A stretch of 64,000 nt of DNA from the human T2T-CHM13v2.0 reference genome, Homo sapiens: NCBI RefSeq assembly GCF_009914755.1, contig NC_060944.1; one strand, given 5' to 3'. How positions within the stretch are numbered: position 1 is the first letter of the stretch; each line of letters starts with the position of its first letter. This document shows positions 49,518 through 64,000 of this stretch, piece by piece. The notes beneath the pieces were generated by a model. The model was not told the DNA's origin. It saw only the letters and a program-made list of their open reading frames with translations, and did no database searches. The position numbers and the translations under genes are program-made.

Positions 49518-50979
49518 ATATAACGTAAGGCTGCAGTCCTCCAAAAAATAAGGCCTAGAGGTTGCACTCCCCAACCCCAAGGCTCAGGGAGATCTCCACT
49601 TGGAAAAGGGAGTGTTACTTCCTCTCCTAACAACCAACAGCTGCCTCTCCACAGTGCTTTGGCCTCTTACCCCCCTGGATGCTATTTAGGAAGCATCTGC
49701 TTCAGTTTTAGGGTGTCCCAGAGGCACTGACTCCCAGAACCTGCTACTGGATGAGTCCTATGGATGCATCCCCATGGTGCCAGGAGAAAAGAGAACTCAC
49801 GGTCTTCCAGCTTCATTCTTCACCAGATACCCAAGTCCCATACCCATCTTCCCACCCCCCAAATAAAGTATCTTATGAGATATCAACTGGAGATAAAGAG
49901 AGGAGCAAAGATTAGGCAGGGAAAAAATGAAAGGCTATAGAAAGGTAGGGGAGAGAATAGGTAGAGAGTAAGGTGTTTAAATGCAGAGGAAAGAGAAGTA
50001 GCTAAAGAAGCATGACAGACAGAATAGGAGAAGGGCCATGCTCCACAGAAGGGAACCAGGACTCAGCTGGGCTGCCACACGCCATACTCCAGGGAGAGTC
50101 ACTTCATTTGTAGGCTAGGTGAATGGTGCCTCCTGGAGTTGTGCAGTGCACGGCCTACACAACAGTACACAGCATACTTAACTCTGCAGTGATGAGGGAC
50201 AGAATGGTGTCCTGAGATCAGCACTAGGAATTGAACTGTTTTAAAGCATGTGTCTAAAGACAATATTAGGATCTTGAGGGAACTGGTAGAATGTGAAGTG
50301 AGTCAGGAATAAATGGACAGCCTCCATGTCCACCGGGGTGAACTTCAGAGTGCATCCACCCACCACCCAAATGGAACAGCCATTTTTCAGCTCCAGTAGA
50401 TTGTTGCCTGGTCTTGCTATATCATCTCATTTTCCAAGAGGAGCTAGAAATTCAGATTTCAATTTGAAAACAAAAAACAAAGCAACTTCTGCTTTTTCAC
50501 TGTTGGCCACAAACTTAAATTTCTATTGTAAATATCCTCATAAGCCAAGTTAACCAATGAAATGCCAATTCCTATGGTTTAGTCATGTTACCTGTGTTTA
50601 GAATTTAGGTTTCACCAACCAAGATATATAAGACAGGGGCTACAGAATATAACTCATATAAGACAGGGGCTGGAGACCGTAACTCCAGCAGTAAAACAGT
50701 CACTGAACTGAAAATGCTTATGCAGACTAGGGGAGTTCTTAGCCCCATGGAGAAGCTTCTGTCAGAGGGAAAGCAGGATTCTTTTGGAGGCAGTAATGAA
50801 CAAAGGTGTCTGCAGCCTGTGCTCTGAGCACCCCTTTCTATGGCAGGAGAGTTTCCTGCAGGGAGCCATGCAGTGTGGATATGAAGGGATTCTATTCATT
50901 GAGTGTGAGGGAAACCAGATGCTTGGGTTCCAACATTCTAGATATTTCCTAAAGCTTGTATTTCTTTTCCCTCCACTAG

Positions 50980-51091
50980 ATCTTCCTGGTTCATAAATCT
51001 ACCAAGATGCAGAAGAAAGTCCTCTCCCTCCGCCTGCCCTGTGAATTTGGGGCCCCACTCAAGGAATTTGCCATAAAGGAAAGCACATACA
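50980..51091 (+). CDS. RIN2: RIN2 coding exon C (112 nt, phase 0 to 1): IFLVHKSTKMQKKVLSLRLPCEFGAPLKEFAIKESTY, SH2 core
   Basis: Acceptor tttcttttccctccactag, donor ACA|gtaagt. Carries the SH2 GxFLVx motif across the B/C junction. Confidence 0.96.
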
Positions 51092-51194
51092 GTAAGTGGT
51101 CATTGGATGCTCAGGTCCTGACTGACAGGGCCACGGGGCTCTGCAGGGAGTGGAAATGGAAGGAGCTCTGGTTATGAGATGGGCAGATATGGGC

Positions 51195-51360
51195 CTGAGT
51201 CTTGGCACTGAATGACTAGGCAGATAACCTACTCCAGGAGCCTCAGTTTTCTCATCTGTGTAATGGGATGATGGTAACCTCTGAGATGTTAATGAGTCAA
51301 ACAACCTGAATATAAAGTGTGCAGCCTACTGCATGGCATATGGTAGGGAACTAATAGAGG
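51195..51360 (+). mobile_element. MIR
   Basis: gcctcagttttctcatctgtgtaatggg. Confidence 0.7.
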
Positions 51361-52298
51361 TTGACTTCCTCTCCCCCTACCCAGTTAAGTGGAACATGAA
51401 TTCAGTTCCCAGGTTTGCCAGTGACTAAGTTGCAAGGAGACTGTAGCGAGAGAGCCCTTTCACGCTAATCCTAAATCCTAAAGCATGTGTCTGCACTTCT
51501 TCGTGAATAAATAATCCCTGAGCAGACCTGTTCCCTCCAGGCAATCAGTGTTCAGTCTTCTATGAAATGCAGCTAATCAGAGGCAGAATCCAACCTTTTG
51601 ATGAACATTTTGAAGGGAGAGTGGTGTTCAGAAGTGTTGGTTTTCTTTCTGCTGTTCCACGATTGGTCATTGGAAATGTGAAGTGTCGGGAGGCCAAATT
51701 TTAAATAAAAAAGGGAACACCCAGTTCTGATGTACTGCCAGCCTCCAAGAAAGGATCGGAAGATGGATCTGCACATCAAAGGGGGAGGAGTGGGAGGAGC
51801 AGGCCAGGAGGAGAGAGCTCAGAAGCAAGACAGAGCCTGGGATTCCCACTTGCTTCCCGATTTCCCAGCACCTCACCTCCTGCATTTGGAGAAGCTGAAG
51901 GTGTAGATGAAGGTCAATTTCAGGGCCGAGATGAGATTCTACTCAGCCGGGAGGGCACAATCTTGCTGAGCCAAATGACCATTAACTGAGTTAGGGGAGG
52001 GTAAAACCTGCCAGGCTGACTGTGAACCGCCTCCAGCTCAATTGTCAACCTGGATCTTACAAGTCCACAAGGTCATGGATGCCAGGGAAAAACTTCCCCC
52101 TGAAAGGCGCACAAGCAGGCGGAACCCAGCCAATAATGTAAATACATTAGGATGCAACCAGAAGGTACATTGCAAACCCACTGCTTGAAAGGTAATAAAT
52201 TCATATTGAGCTAATAATGTGTTAGGTGAATTGATAATGAATTTATATTAAGTGAATCAATTAAGTAATTCTGAATTGGCTTTTGAAAGTCTGCGAGA

Positions 52299-52605
52299 GG
52301 CTGGGCACCATGGCTCACACCTGTAATCCTAGCACTTTGGGAGGCCAAGGCCAGAGGGTTGCTTGAGCTCAGGAATTTGAGACCAGCCTGGGCAACATGG
52401 CAAAACTCCATCTCCACCAAAAAAAAAAAAAAAAATTAGCCAGGCATGATGACACACGCCTGTAGTCCCAGCTACTAAGGAGGCTGAGGTGGGATCACTT
52501 AAGTGCAGTGAGCCGTGATCGTGCCACTGCACTCCAGCCTGGGCGACAGAGCCAGACCGTGTCTTAAAAATGAAAAAACAACCCAAAAATATTAAAAAAA
52601 AAAAA
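52299..52605 (+). mobile_element. AluJ with internal deletion in the right arm
   Basis: Dimer with a shortened right arm. Confidence 0.88.
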
Positions 52606-52995
52606 AGTCCACAAGGCAAGAAGCCACAGATCTAACTGGTTTTCAAATTCCTCCCTAATGTCCAAAGTGGAGCACGATGGATGTGTTGGTCGGAAGCCAC
52701 TTCCTCTCCTCTTCCAGAAGTGTGGGCAATGTGTGTGGAAGCTTCCTCGTTGTTCATTGAGGTCCTTGTGGCCGAAGGTTTTTCCCCCATAATTTGACAA
52801 GGCCTCTAATCACTTCCCTAATCTTCTCCAGGTGACTTCAAGTGGTTAAAAGAGCTTGTTTAAATAAAGCATTAGCCTGGTCATAACTAGTTACCACAGG
52901 CCTGGGTCCCACTGCAATGGCCCCTTCTCAGCCAGGGCCTGTTTATCTTCTCTGTGAATTGAGGTGAAGGAAGGACTTGCTATAAAAACATTCAG

Positions 52996-53271
<276 letters not shown>

Positions 53272-53611
53272 TTACAGACAGTGCAGCTTAATAATAAACA
53301 ACACCTCATATTTGGAAACAATGCTTTCACATAAATTATTTCATTTTTAAAAAATTTCATCTCCCCCCACCACCCTTCTGGGAGATAAGGAAAGTACTGT
53401 TAGGGTCCATTTTCCAGATGAGAAAACCGAGGCTTAGAGAAGCTAACCTGCTCCAAATCAGTTCCCTCCTCCTTAACTCTACAAATTGTGGCACACGTGT
53501 GTTTGTTGTTTCTGTGTGTCTGTGTGTGTCTGTGATGGTATATGTGTAGCGGTATGGATGTTTTTTGGGGGTGCTACAGAAATAATAAAATAATACAAAA
53601 AAGCGAAGAAG

Positions 53612-53992
<381 letters not shown>

Positions 53993-54025
53993 TTAGAGGA
54001 ATATCAGTGTGAGTTGCTCAGCTGA

Positions 54026-54463
<438 letters not shown>

Positions 54464-54569
54464 TAGAAAATGTGAACACTGGAGCAGGGGTGGAGGGGGG
54501 AACAACACTCCAAGTAAATGGGTTTTAGAATCTTTGTTTTAAAAAAAAGTGAGAGAGAGAGAAAAAAAA

Positions 54570-54689
54570 AAAGAGAGATGTAGTCTCGCTATAATGCCCA
54601 GACTGGTCTCAAACTCCTGGGCTCAAGAGATCTCCCTCCTCGGCCTCCCAAAGTGCTGGGATTACATGCATGAGGCACCATGCCCGGCC
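54570..54689 (-). mobile_element. Alu monomer (FLAM)
   Basis: Single antisense arm. Confidence 0.78.
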
Positions 54690-55232
54690 AGTTTTGGAAT
54701 CTTTCATGTTGAATTTAACCAAAAGCTGATTTCAGGGAACTTGTTATATCCTCCCAGCTCTACATTCCTTCTCCCGTGTGCTTTTATCACAGGTGCTCTG
54801 TTATGGCAAAAAGGAGTGGCCAGGGAAGTGTGTGTCCTAGGAGGGTCAAGGGATCGAGGGGAGTAGGGGTCTTGGTGTTCCCCAAGCCCTGTCCTGTGCT
54901 GATACAATCCAGACAGACTGGCCCCTTGTCCCCTGCCCTTTGTGTTCTGAAGTTAAAAAAAAAGACAGTTGTGCAACTCGAGTCTGTCCTGGTCTGTTTA
55001 CCAAGCACTGGAGCATGTGCTCGGCATGAGTCAAGCGATGAACTTCCAGATCATCGACTGTTTACCGGTGGCTGCTGGCTGACATGCCTCCTCTGCACAG
55101 CTGGTTCTGATAAGCCACACGGTAGTTTGCTTGAGAGTACTCAGATGGTCCCACACACATGGTGTTAGGGGCTCTTCCTGTCCCAGAACGTGCTCAGGGA
55201 GAATCAGCTGGTTTCTGAAATCTCTTTTCCAG

Positions 55233-55305
55233 CCTTTTCCCTGGAAGGCTCAGGAATCAGTTTCGCAGATTTATTCCGGCTCATTGCTTTCTACTGCATC
55301 AGCAG
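55233..55305 (+). CDS. RIN2: RIN2 coding exon D (73 nt, phase 1 to 2): (T)FSLEGSGISFADLFRLIAFYCIS(R)
   Basis: Acceptor tctcttttccag, donor CAG|gtaagg. Encodes the SH2 alphaB-type motif FxxLxxLIxFY. Confidence 0.96.
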
Positions 55306-55598
55306 GTAAGGCCTCTTCCTCTCATATGGTTTCAAGGCCCTGTTTGGTGTGTGGGATATAATTAACCTGAGGTTTCTTGAAGGATCTAGGAGGCTGGCCA
55401 CCTATTTGATGTTGGCAGATTAAGACTGGTTACTTAAGTAAAATGTTCACCAAGTGAACAGGTTCACCAAGTTCACACCATGCCAGGCTTAAGGTCAAAA
55501 CGACTATCCCAACCCCTCCAAACATAAATTATCCTTCATATGATTATTTCTTCAAGCTGCTCCCAAGGCTCCTTTCAGCCAGGCCCATCAAGCAGGAA

Positions 55599-55681
55599 AC
55601 ACACACACACGCACATATGTGCACACATGCACACACAGACACACATGCACACACATACATGCGCACACACACCTACACACA
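55599..55681. repeat. Degenerate (CA)n repeat
   Basis: Alternating purine-pyrimidine run. Confidence 0.9.
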
Positions 55682-55874
55682 GAAAGGGAATGTGCATGCA
55701 AACCTGTGACTTTGAAAGCTTCATGATAATGCCTCTGAAAACTCTGTAAGGGATGGAGTTCATTCTACAAATGTGGGTTCCTTAAACCAGCCCATCAGTC
55801 TTGTCCTTCAGGCCAACTGGGTGCTCATGTCCTTTTCATAACCAAAGCAACTATTTTGTTCTATACAATGTTAA

Positions 55875-56313
<439 letters not shown>

Positions 56314-56606
56314 TAATTAAGAATCAAAATTCTTGTTATCTGCAGGGATTGGCATTGCCTCCTCTTATGGGGCTGAGCTCAATTTGGCTTCCTTTTCTTC
56401 TCTGTCCATGGCAGCTGATATGGCAGAGACAGGAAAATGTGTTACTAGGATGTTTTCAGACATCACTTCTCACAGCTAACACACGTATAGGCTGGGGAGT
56501 TTATTTGAGTTTGGCTCGGTTTATTTTAATTTAAGGATTAGGTTGTTTCTCAAAGACTAAATGCCTGTTGACTAGACTCTGCCAGAGGGCAGGAGGCACT
56601 ACGCAC

Positions 56607-56903
56607 TTTTTTTTTTTTTTGAGATGGAGTTTCACTTTTGTTGCCCAAGCTGGGGTGCAATGGCGTGATCTCGGCTCACTGCAACCTCCACCTCCTTGGG
56701 TTCAAGCAATTCTCCTGCCTCAGCCTCCTGAGTAGCTGGGATTACAGGCATGCACCACCATGCCCAGCTAATTTTTGTATTTTTAGTAGAGATGGGGTTT
56801 TACCACGTTGGCCAGGCTGGTCTCAAACTCCTGACCTCAGGCAATCCGCCCGCCTCCGCCTCCCAAAGTGCTGGGATTACAGGTGTGAGCACCATGCCCG
56901 GCC
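56607..56903 (-). mobile_element. Alu (AluSq-like)
   Basis: Antisense dimer. Confidence 0.93.
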
Positions 56904-57187
56904 AGGAGCCACTAAGCCGTTCACCCTCTGAAGTCTCCAGGTCAGCTGAAGCCACACAATAAATGGCCTCAGGAAGGGGAGGCACTTCCAGAGGAGGAAT
57001 TCAGCGCTGCTCACCAGCAGGAAGAAAATGAGGGCTTCACTGAGAATGGGACTAGTACCTGGGGGCACCTCCCAAGAGGATGCAACCTGCCTGCCATGAT
57101 TTGGGCAGGATCTCTTAAGCCTGTGTAAGGAAATGAAATGTGCTGCCCAAAGAGAGGAGGCTGGTGCAGAAGCACAGCCCCCAACAG

Positions 57188-57221
57188 ACACACACACACA
57201 CACACACACATATATACACAC
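57188..57221. repeat. (CA)n(TA)n microsatellite
   Basis: Directly visible. Confidence 0.92.
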
Positions 57222-57949
57222 TCATCCCCAGGGAACCACACCTGGTATGGCCTAAAGCCAACCAGGTTGGAGGAGTAAGTCTCAATGCTAACACGTTGGC
57301 CAGGGGTGAAGCCAGCTGATATTTACTTTTCACAGTTTGCTTTTTGGTAATTGTGGAGTTGCTGGGAAAAATCATTACACCTACAAAGCAATATTTGGCA
57401 GTAGCATAGAAAAGTTACCATCAGTGTTCATGGTAGACTGGAGTACCTGCTGTCCAGGACTGTTTGAAGATGCAAGGAGATAAAGTATATGAAAGCCTTA
57501 TAAACTATAACACATGATACCAATATATAAGGTACTTACAGGAAAACTCCAAAATTGATGTTTTGCAGGTAGGAAGGCCAAGATTAATTTCCCTGTCTGT
57601 TCCAAAATGCAAAGATATTTGATGTTTTTGTTTCTCTTTCTATGCTACTCATCTATGTTCTTGGCAATTGGTAGTTGATTTACTCAGTCTTACAAGAATA
57701 TTTGTGACATTTTTTAGTTGGTTGTTAGTATATAAATATATTCAAGTAAAGAAAGTGATTGGATTATTGGTTCTGGTGTTTCACACAGCATGCATATGCA
57801 AATATGCATTGCACAAGAGAATTCACGAATCAATAAACATAGGATTTGCCATAGTGGGAAGGCTCGCTGAAAAGTGTCATTGAGAATACAAATAGTGACT
57901 GCACACCTTCACCCCCAATGCCTGGCAACGCTCTGTTGATTTGGTGTTA

Positions 57950-58095
57950 TCAGTGTAGTAGTGAGAGTACTAGAGTCATTTGGAGTCTTGCTAAATGCAG
58001 AATCCGGTACAGTGGGTCTGGGGTGGTACCTGAGGTTTTGCATTTTCAGCAAGCTCCCATGGGTTAAGGCTAATGCTGCTTGTCCTCAGACCGGA
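57950..58095. mobile_element. MER5A-like
   Basis: ttgctaaatgcag...gggtctggggtgg.acctgag..tttgcatttt. Confidence 0.65.
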
Positions 58096-58724
58096 ATAGA
58101 GGAATAGAGGAAATAATAATTTTAGGGGTCTTCTATATCTGTACTAAGCACCATACATACATATTTCTAATCCTTATGGCAACCCTATAAATTAGGATGA
58201 TGAAAACACTGAGACAGAAAAAGTGAAGCATGTGCCCACAATCATTCAATCAGTAAATGACAGTTACGGGAGTTGAACTCAGGCCTGCCTTAATGCCAAA
58301 GCCCGTATTTTCCCACCATACTATTCAGCTGCTGAGACCTTAGGGTCCAACACATCCAGGTTTTGACCCTCACTTCACCTCCATTAGCTCTGCGAAGGTG
58401 TGCTAGGGACCTCACTTGTCTGTGTCGTCATCTGCTCCTGATCCACAGAATGGGGGCATCACGGCTTCCTCCCAGGGCTGTTCCAGGCCCCACACGAGTT
58501 ACGGTGCCTGCTGTAATTTAATAGTAGTTGCCCGATGATCTTTGTCCCCTCCCCTTTAGAAATCTACGTATAGAGCAAAGTTAAACAAAATAAATCTAGA
58601 CTGTACATGTTTTAACTCTTGGGTGAAACATTTATATCTAAGATGATGGCTTTTGTTTTTCTGTTATGCAAGCTTTAGAATTGAGGCCCCTTTCTTTAAT
58701 AGGATGTAAGTGAGAAGGCGTCCC

Positions 58725-58780
58725 TGTGTGAGTGTGTGTGCGTGTGCATGCATGTGCATGTGTGTGTGCATGTGTGTGTG
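58725..58780. repeat. Degenerate (TG)n repeat
   Basis: Directly visible. Confidence 0.88.
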
Positions 58781-59559
58781 AAGATGCTGGGATGCACCCT
58801 GGCTGGCACAGTGGGAGACGATGCATATACAACATCTAATTTTCTAGTAGATCAAAGCCTGAAACCATCCATTAACCAAGGACAGGTGTGGCTTCCTGTC
58901 ATATATCATTAAGAAAACCCCAAACCAGTCATGTGACGTTTAAGCTCCAGGTACTGCATTGAGCAAGGTAAAAGCTTAATATAAACACAGGTTGGTTTTG
59001 TGGTATGCAGCTTTCCCCCAAAATTGTCTGAGGAAAGTAGATTTTAATTAAGTTGGTCCGGCCACACAAACATATATTTACAGTCTAGTTTGGTGTTACA
59101 AGGTTGTGGTTCCCATTAATCTTCACTTGAGATTAGCATCAGGGTTGCCGCCCTGCCAGGTCAGGCAGCAGCTATTACAGACACAGCCATCCCCTGCAGT
59201 GCTGCCTGCTTCATCTCAAACAGACACAAGTGGCCAAGCAAAGGGGGTGCTCACAACATTTGAGGACAAGTGAAAGGTCTCATGGAAGGAAGAGGTGATA
59301 TGGGCCTGACCCCCAAGAACAGCAGCCTCCTGGCTTTACATTAGCAGAGTACTACGGTGTCAAAACATTCTTGCTTTTTTCTTCTTTTCATTGACTTACT
59401 AATTTGTTATTCATTGTTAACAGCTTCCATGGCTCCAAAATTCTCCAGTCATCCAGATTTAATCTGGTTTATCCAAGAATGTTGCCTAATTTTACCGTAA
59501 ACAATAGGTTGTTTGGTATCATTATTCTCGTCAGTGGAAATTCTCAGCACGTCTCATGA

Positions 59560-60012
59560 TGACAAAGTCCAGGCAGGACTCCAAGTTTTGTTCCTTACTA
59601 GCACCTTCCAGCCGCAGTGGTCTCCTTGCTGTTCTTCATCCATGCCAGACCCTCCCCACCCCAGGGCCTTTGCACCTGCTGCTCACTCTGCCTGGAAGGT
59701 CCTTCCCCTCATGATTTAACCCCTGGCCACCATTAGATCTTCAGTCAAATGCTGCCTGCTCACGAAGACTTGTCTGCCCACCTTCACACTCAAACACTCT
59801 TTATTCTCCTTTCCTGCTTCACTTTTATCCATGTCATGGATCTCCTTCTCATAGATTCTGTAAATTGTGTATTTGTTTATTGTCTATCGGTATCCCCTGA
59901 CATGGAGCTCCATGCAGGCAGGAACTTCCGTCTGTTTCGTTCCCAGCCCCTGATGCAATGTCTGGCACATTGCAGATGATCATAAACATCTGTGGAACAA
60001 ATGAATGAATAA
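59560..60012 (+). mobile_element. L2 3' fragment
   Basis: cagggcctttgcacctgctg...ctgcctgga and terminal atgaatgaat. Confidence 0.75.
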
Positions 60013-61118
60013 TTATTTCTTTGTAAGACTATTACCACCACTGGAAAAAAACAAACAAACAAACAAACCCTCCTTTTTGATTAAGTCACCATATTTATTG
60101 AATATTCATTCATTCATTCAAGTACTTCCTGCCTGTCTGTGTCAGGACAGTGTTGTGCTTTGCCCTGTGGGGAATTCACCAGTGCTTAGAGCATGGTCCT
60201 AACCTTTGTGAATGAACATGAGCAAATGTTTAAGTCTGCCTTTGCCATTTCCAAGAAAGCAAGTCATGGCCCATGGCTGTGGCAGGTCCCTGATGCTGGC
60301 TGGGCTCTCTCCTGTTGGGTCTGTTGCTCTCTCTGCCATGTGTGTTTGTCCATCTGCACGTGGCACCATGCTGCTTGGGTGCTGGGGTTATTGGCATGAG
60401 GGGTCTTAGACTTGCTTTCCTATTCAAAGCCTGGTCCAGGGTCCAGCAGCATCAGCATCCTCTAAGAGCTTGGCAGAAATGCCGAATCTCCAGTCCCTCC
60501 CAGACCTCTGGAATCAGAGTGTGCAGTATAACAAGACCCTGGGTATCTATCTGTACATTAGAGAAGCTCTGCCTTCAAACACAGGAGAACGTTTTGTCTC
60601 CAGCACACCAAGGCCAATGTGTGGGCTGTAATGGGAAGATTTCATAAGTAAAGCCAACAGATATTCATTGAGAGCCTGCAGTGTGCAAGGCAATGGGCTA
60701 ATTCATCTCGGTTTAGGATTCCACATTCCTGCCCAGGCAGTTTCGGCCCAACATTCACATAGGCATGCAGTGAATTAGTACATAATGTTTTATATGCATG
60801 CTAGATCTACCAACAAGTCAGCAATTCTGATGTAAACTCTACATACGTTTTAGCTACTCAGCAGGGCAATTGGGTCCCTACTTTGATACTGAAACTATGC
60901 TGGTTTTTCTCTCAGCCTGTCCTGAGTGTGTGATAATACAGACAGGAATTTTAAGTGTTAAGTTTTACCACCAGGAAAGATAACTTTGTCGATATGGTAT
61001 GGTGTCTACTTAGGACATTTTAAACAGTTTAAGCTAAAACATCTCTATGATGAAAATAAACACAAGATAGAAAGCAGACATGTAATTACAAACATTCTCT
61101 CTTTTTCTGAACAATCAG

Positions 61119-61210
61119 GGATGTTCTACCATTTACCTTGAAGTTGCCTTATGCCATTTCAACAGCCAAGTCGGAGGCTCAGCTTGAAGAACTGGCCCAG
61201 ATGGGACTAA
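61119..61210 (+). CDS. RIN2: RIN2 coding exon E (92 nt, phase 2 to 1): DVLPFTLKLPYAISTAKSEAQLEELAQMGL
   Basis: Acceptor ctctctttttctgaacaatcag, donor TAA|gtaagt. Frame is continuous with exon D. Confidence 0.95.
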
Positions 61211-62008
61211 GTAAGTGTGTGCCCCCTGCCTGAGTCTATCTAAAAATGAATCCATGGAGCAGAGTCAATGGTGGGCTCACTGAGGCTACATTGCTCCGTC
61301 AATCTCTCCAGCTTCTCCATCAGTGAGTTTGGGCTATCCAAAATGTTGACGTCCTCTTGTAAACATCTGTAACGTGTTGATGTCTTCCCTTTCTGAGGCA
61401 TCTTCCTGGGGAGAGGCAGCACTTGACAGAAAGAGAAATCCAGTGTAGTGCATCTCGCGTGCATGATTTTTTTTTTTTGAGGGGCACACGGGCATTGACG
61501 GCACTTCTGTGCTTTGAGGAATTTGACAGCACAGACATCTAGAGTAACGTCTGTTCCACTTCCTCTCTTGTCGTTCAATTGTTGTCCTGCTGTTCTGGTC
61601 CATGTCCTAACCCTGCCGGGGATCCTTGGTCTGGCAGCTGGGTACTTGCTTCCCCGTCCTGTCCCTTTGCCGATGTCCCCTAAGTCCCCACAATTCTGCC
61701 GGACAATGGTTGACAATGGATCAAGACATACAACTCACCCACTTTAACGTCTTTTCCCCATTGCCTTGGGGGAATCTGTGTGGGTTTAGCTTTTGCAAAA
61801 AATGTTCCTCCTAGATCAAAAGAGGAAATTCTCTTAAGATTTTAGGACTTCACTCACTGTGATACTTGACCCAGCAAATAAAAGATGTATGTATTCCTCC
61901 TCTGGCATATTTTTCTCTTAATTTAAAGAACTTGTTTTGAAGCAAGCGCCATTTCCAAGGAAGCTTCAGCGAGGAGCCTGGGCATAGCTTTGAATTCCCT
62001 TCTGCTGA

Positions 62009-62323
<315 letters not shown>

Positions 62324-63096
62324 TGAAACTTAGATTGTATCTGTAGAAGGATTGCCTTCTGTGTTTGAGGCCTGTCTGATGGCAAGACTGGGTAATGGGA
62401 TTTGGAAAGAGAATACTGGTAAAACTCTCGGGCCATAGAAACGTCCCTATTTAAAAGTTGCACCTTCTCTTGCAACTAAGTTCTGCATACCTTTGGAGAG
62501 AGATTAAAATACTTGCTGAAGTTAAGTCAATATTGTCAACTAGATTCTAGGCCTCTTGAAGATGTGCACCGGGTCTCAGTTCTCTCTCCCGACCTCTGTC
62601 CACATAGCTCCAGTCTGATGGTCCACAGGCTTAGTGAGTGCATAGTGCTGAGTCTGAAGGACTAAAGTGTCAAGGACAATGCTTGTGCCATGCCGAGAGA
62701 GGTGAAAAGAGTTTGCTCCAGTGGCTACTAACCAGAAGCGACTGAGGGCTAATTAACATATATTCGACTTGTGATTCTCGATGTGCATATTATCCATTTT
62801 GCGTAGAGATAGAATATTTTAAAATTCTGTGCCTCAGTAAAAGTACTGTTCATCAAACTAATATTCCTCGAGGGTCTGCTTTGTGGCAGACACTGTGCCC
62901 CAGACCAAGGACTCAAGGGTTAATAAGATCCCCTCTCACTCCCTGTGCCTGTACCTACTGCCAATGAGATTTGTAGTTTATATGGGAGATAGATATACAC
63001 GTGAACTAAATATACAAAGCCTTACAAAAGATTTACAGCTGTGACAGTATAAGTCTAAGGAGGACTCAAAGGAGGTGGAAGTAATTTCTCCAAGAC

Positions 63097-63597
63097 CTGC
63101 TGTCCTGGGTAATAGAAACATAAGGCTAATCTGTGTGTAATTTGAAACTGTCTAGTAGCCACACAGGTTAAATTGATTTTAATAATTTATTTTGTTGTAT
63201 TTAATATATCCAAAACATTATAATTTCTACATGCAGCCAATATAAAAAATTTTAAGGTATGAAATGTTTTACATTCTTTTTTTCATATCATGTATTCGAA
63301 ACCCAATGAGTTATTTTATACTTACAGCATATCTCAAACTCAGGCCCTGAATGTTTGTCAGAAATACATGGTTTGTATTTAGATTTCATTAAATTCACAG
63401 TTAAAAAGGTAGATTCTCATAACCAAGTTCCAAAGATACTTAAACGTTTTCCAGTAACTGAACTGAACATGAGTTCTAAAATTTAAATTGATTGACACTG
63501 AATGAGATTTGATATTGACTTCCTCGGTTGTACTAGCCAACTTCAAGTGCTCAATAGCCACCTGTGGCTGTTGGCTTTCTTGTTGGACAGTGCGGGA
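63097..63597. mobile_element. MER33/Charlie-like DNA transposon
   Basis: tctagtagccaca and caagtgctcaatagccacctgtggct...ttggacagtgc. Confidence 0.7.
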
Positions 63598-63657
63598 GTC
63601 GGGAGAGAGAAGGAGGGATACAGGATAGATTACATAAGGCAGGTGACACGGCTGTCA

Positions 63658-64000
<343 letters not shown>

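Noticed and set aside
56578-56594. CTCF-like motif GCCAGAGGGCAG
   Set aside because: Partial match only; cannot be supported without ChIP data.

Overview
Primate DNA, almost certainly human, from inside the RIN2 gene (Ras and Rab interactor 2) on the + strand. Five internal coding exons (25377-25477, 46895-47087, 50980-51091, 55233-55305, 61119-61210) all have AG/GT boundaries. They splice in one open frame to LIDTIASEIGELK...QAQPPGIFLVHKS...EELAQMGL, the N-terminal and SH2 part of RIN2; the start codon and downstream exons lie outside the window. The rest is intron, dense with Alus (about 45), L1/L2/MIR fragments, LTRs and MER DNA transposons. The standout element is a ~3.0-kb C-rich 13-15-bp minisatellite (11977-15021) with higher-order structure and almost no G on the sense strand; it explains the two spurious >1000-aa ORFs. 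Other leads are an in-frame, stop-free 378-nt exon block flanked by inverted Alus (circRNA candidate), AG/GT ratchet-like splice sites, a pre-miRNA-like hairpin and several recent-looking local duplications. I cannot demonstrate a new biological system from sequence alone, so these are testable hypotheses. Repeat family names come from pattern recognition and repeat boundaries are approximate.
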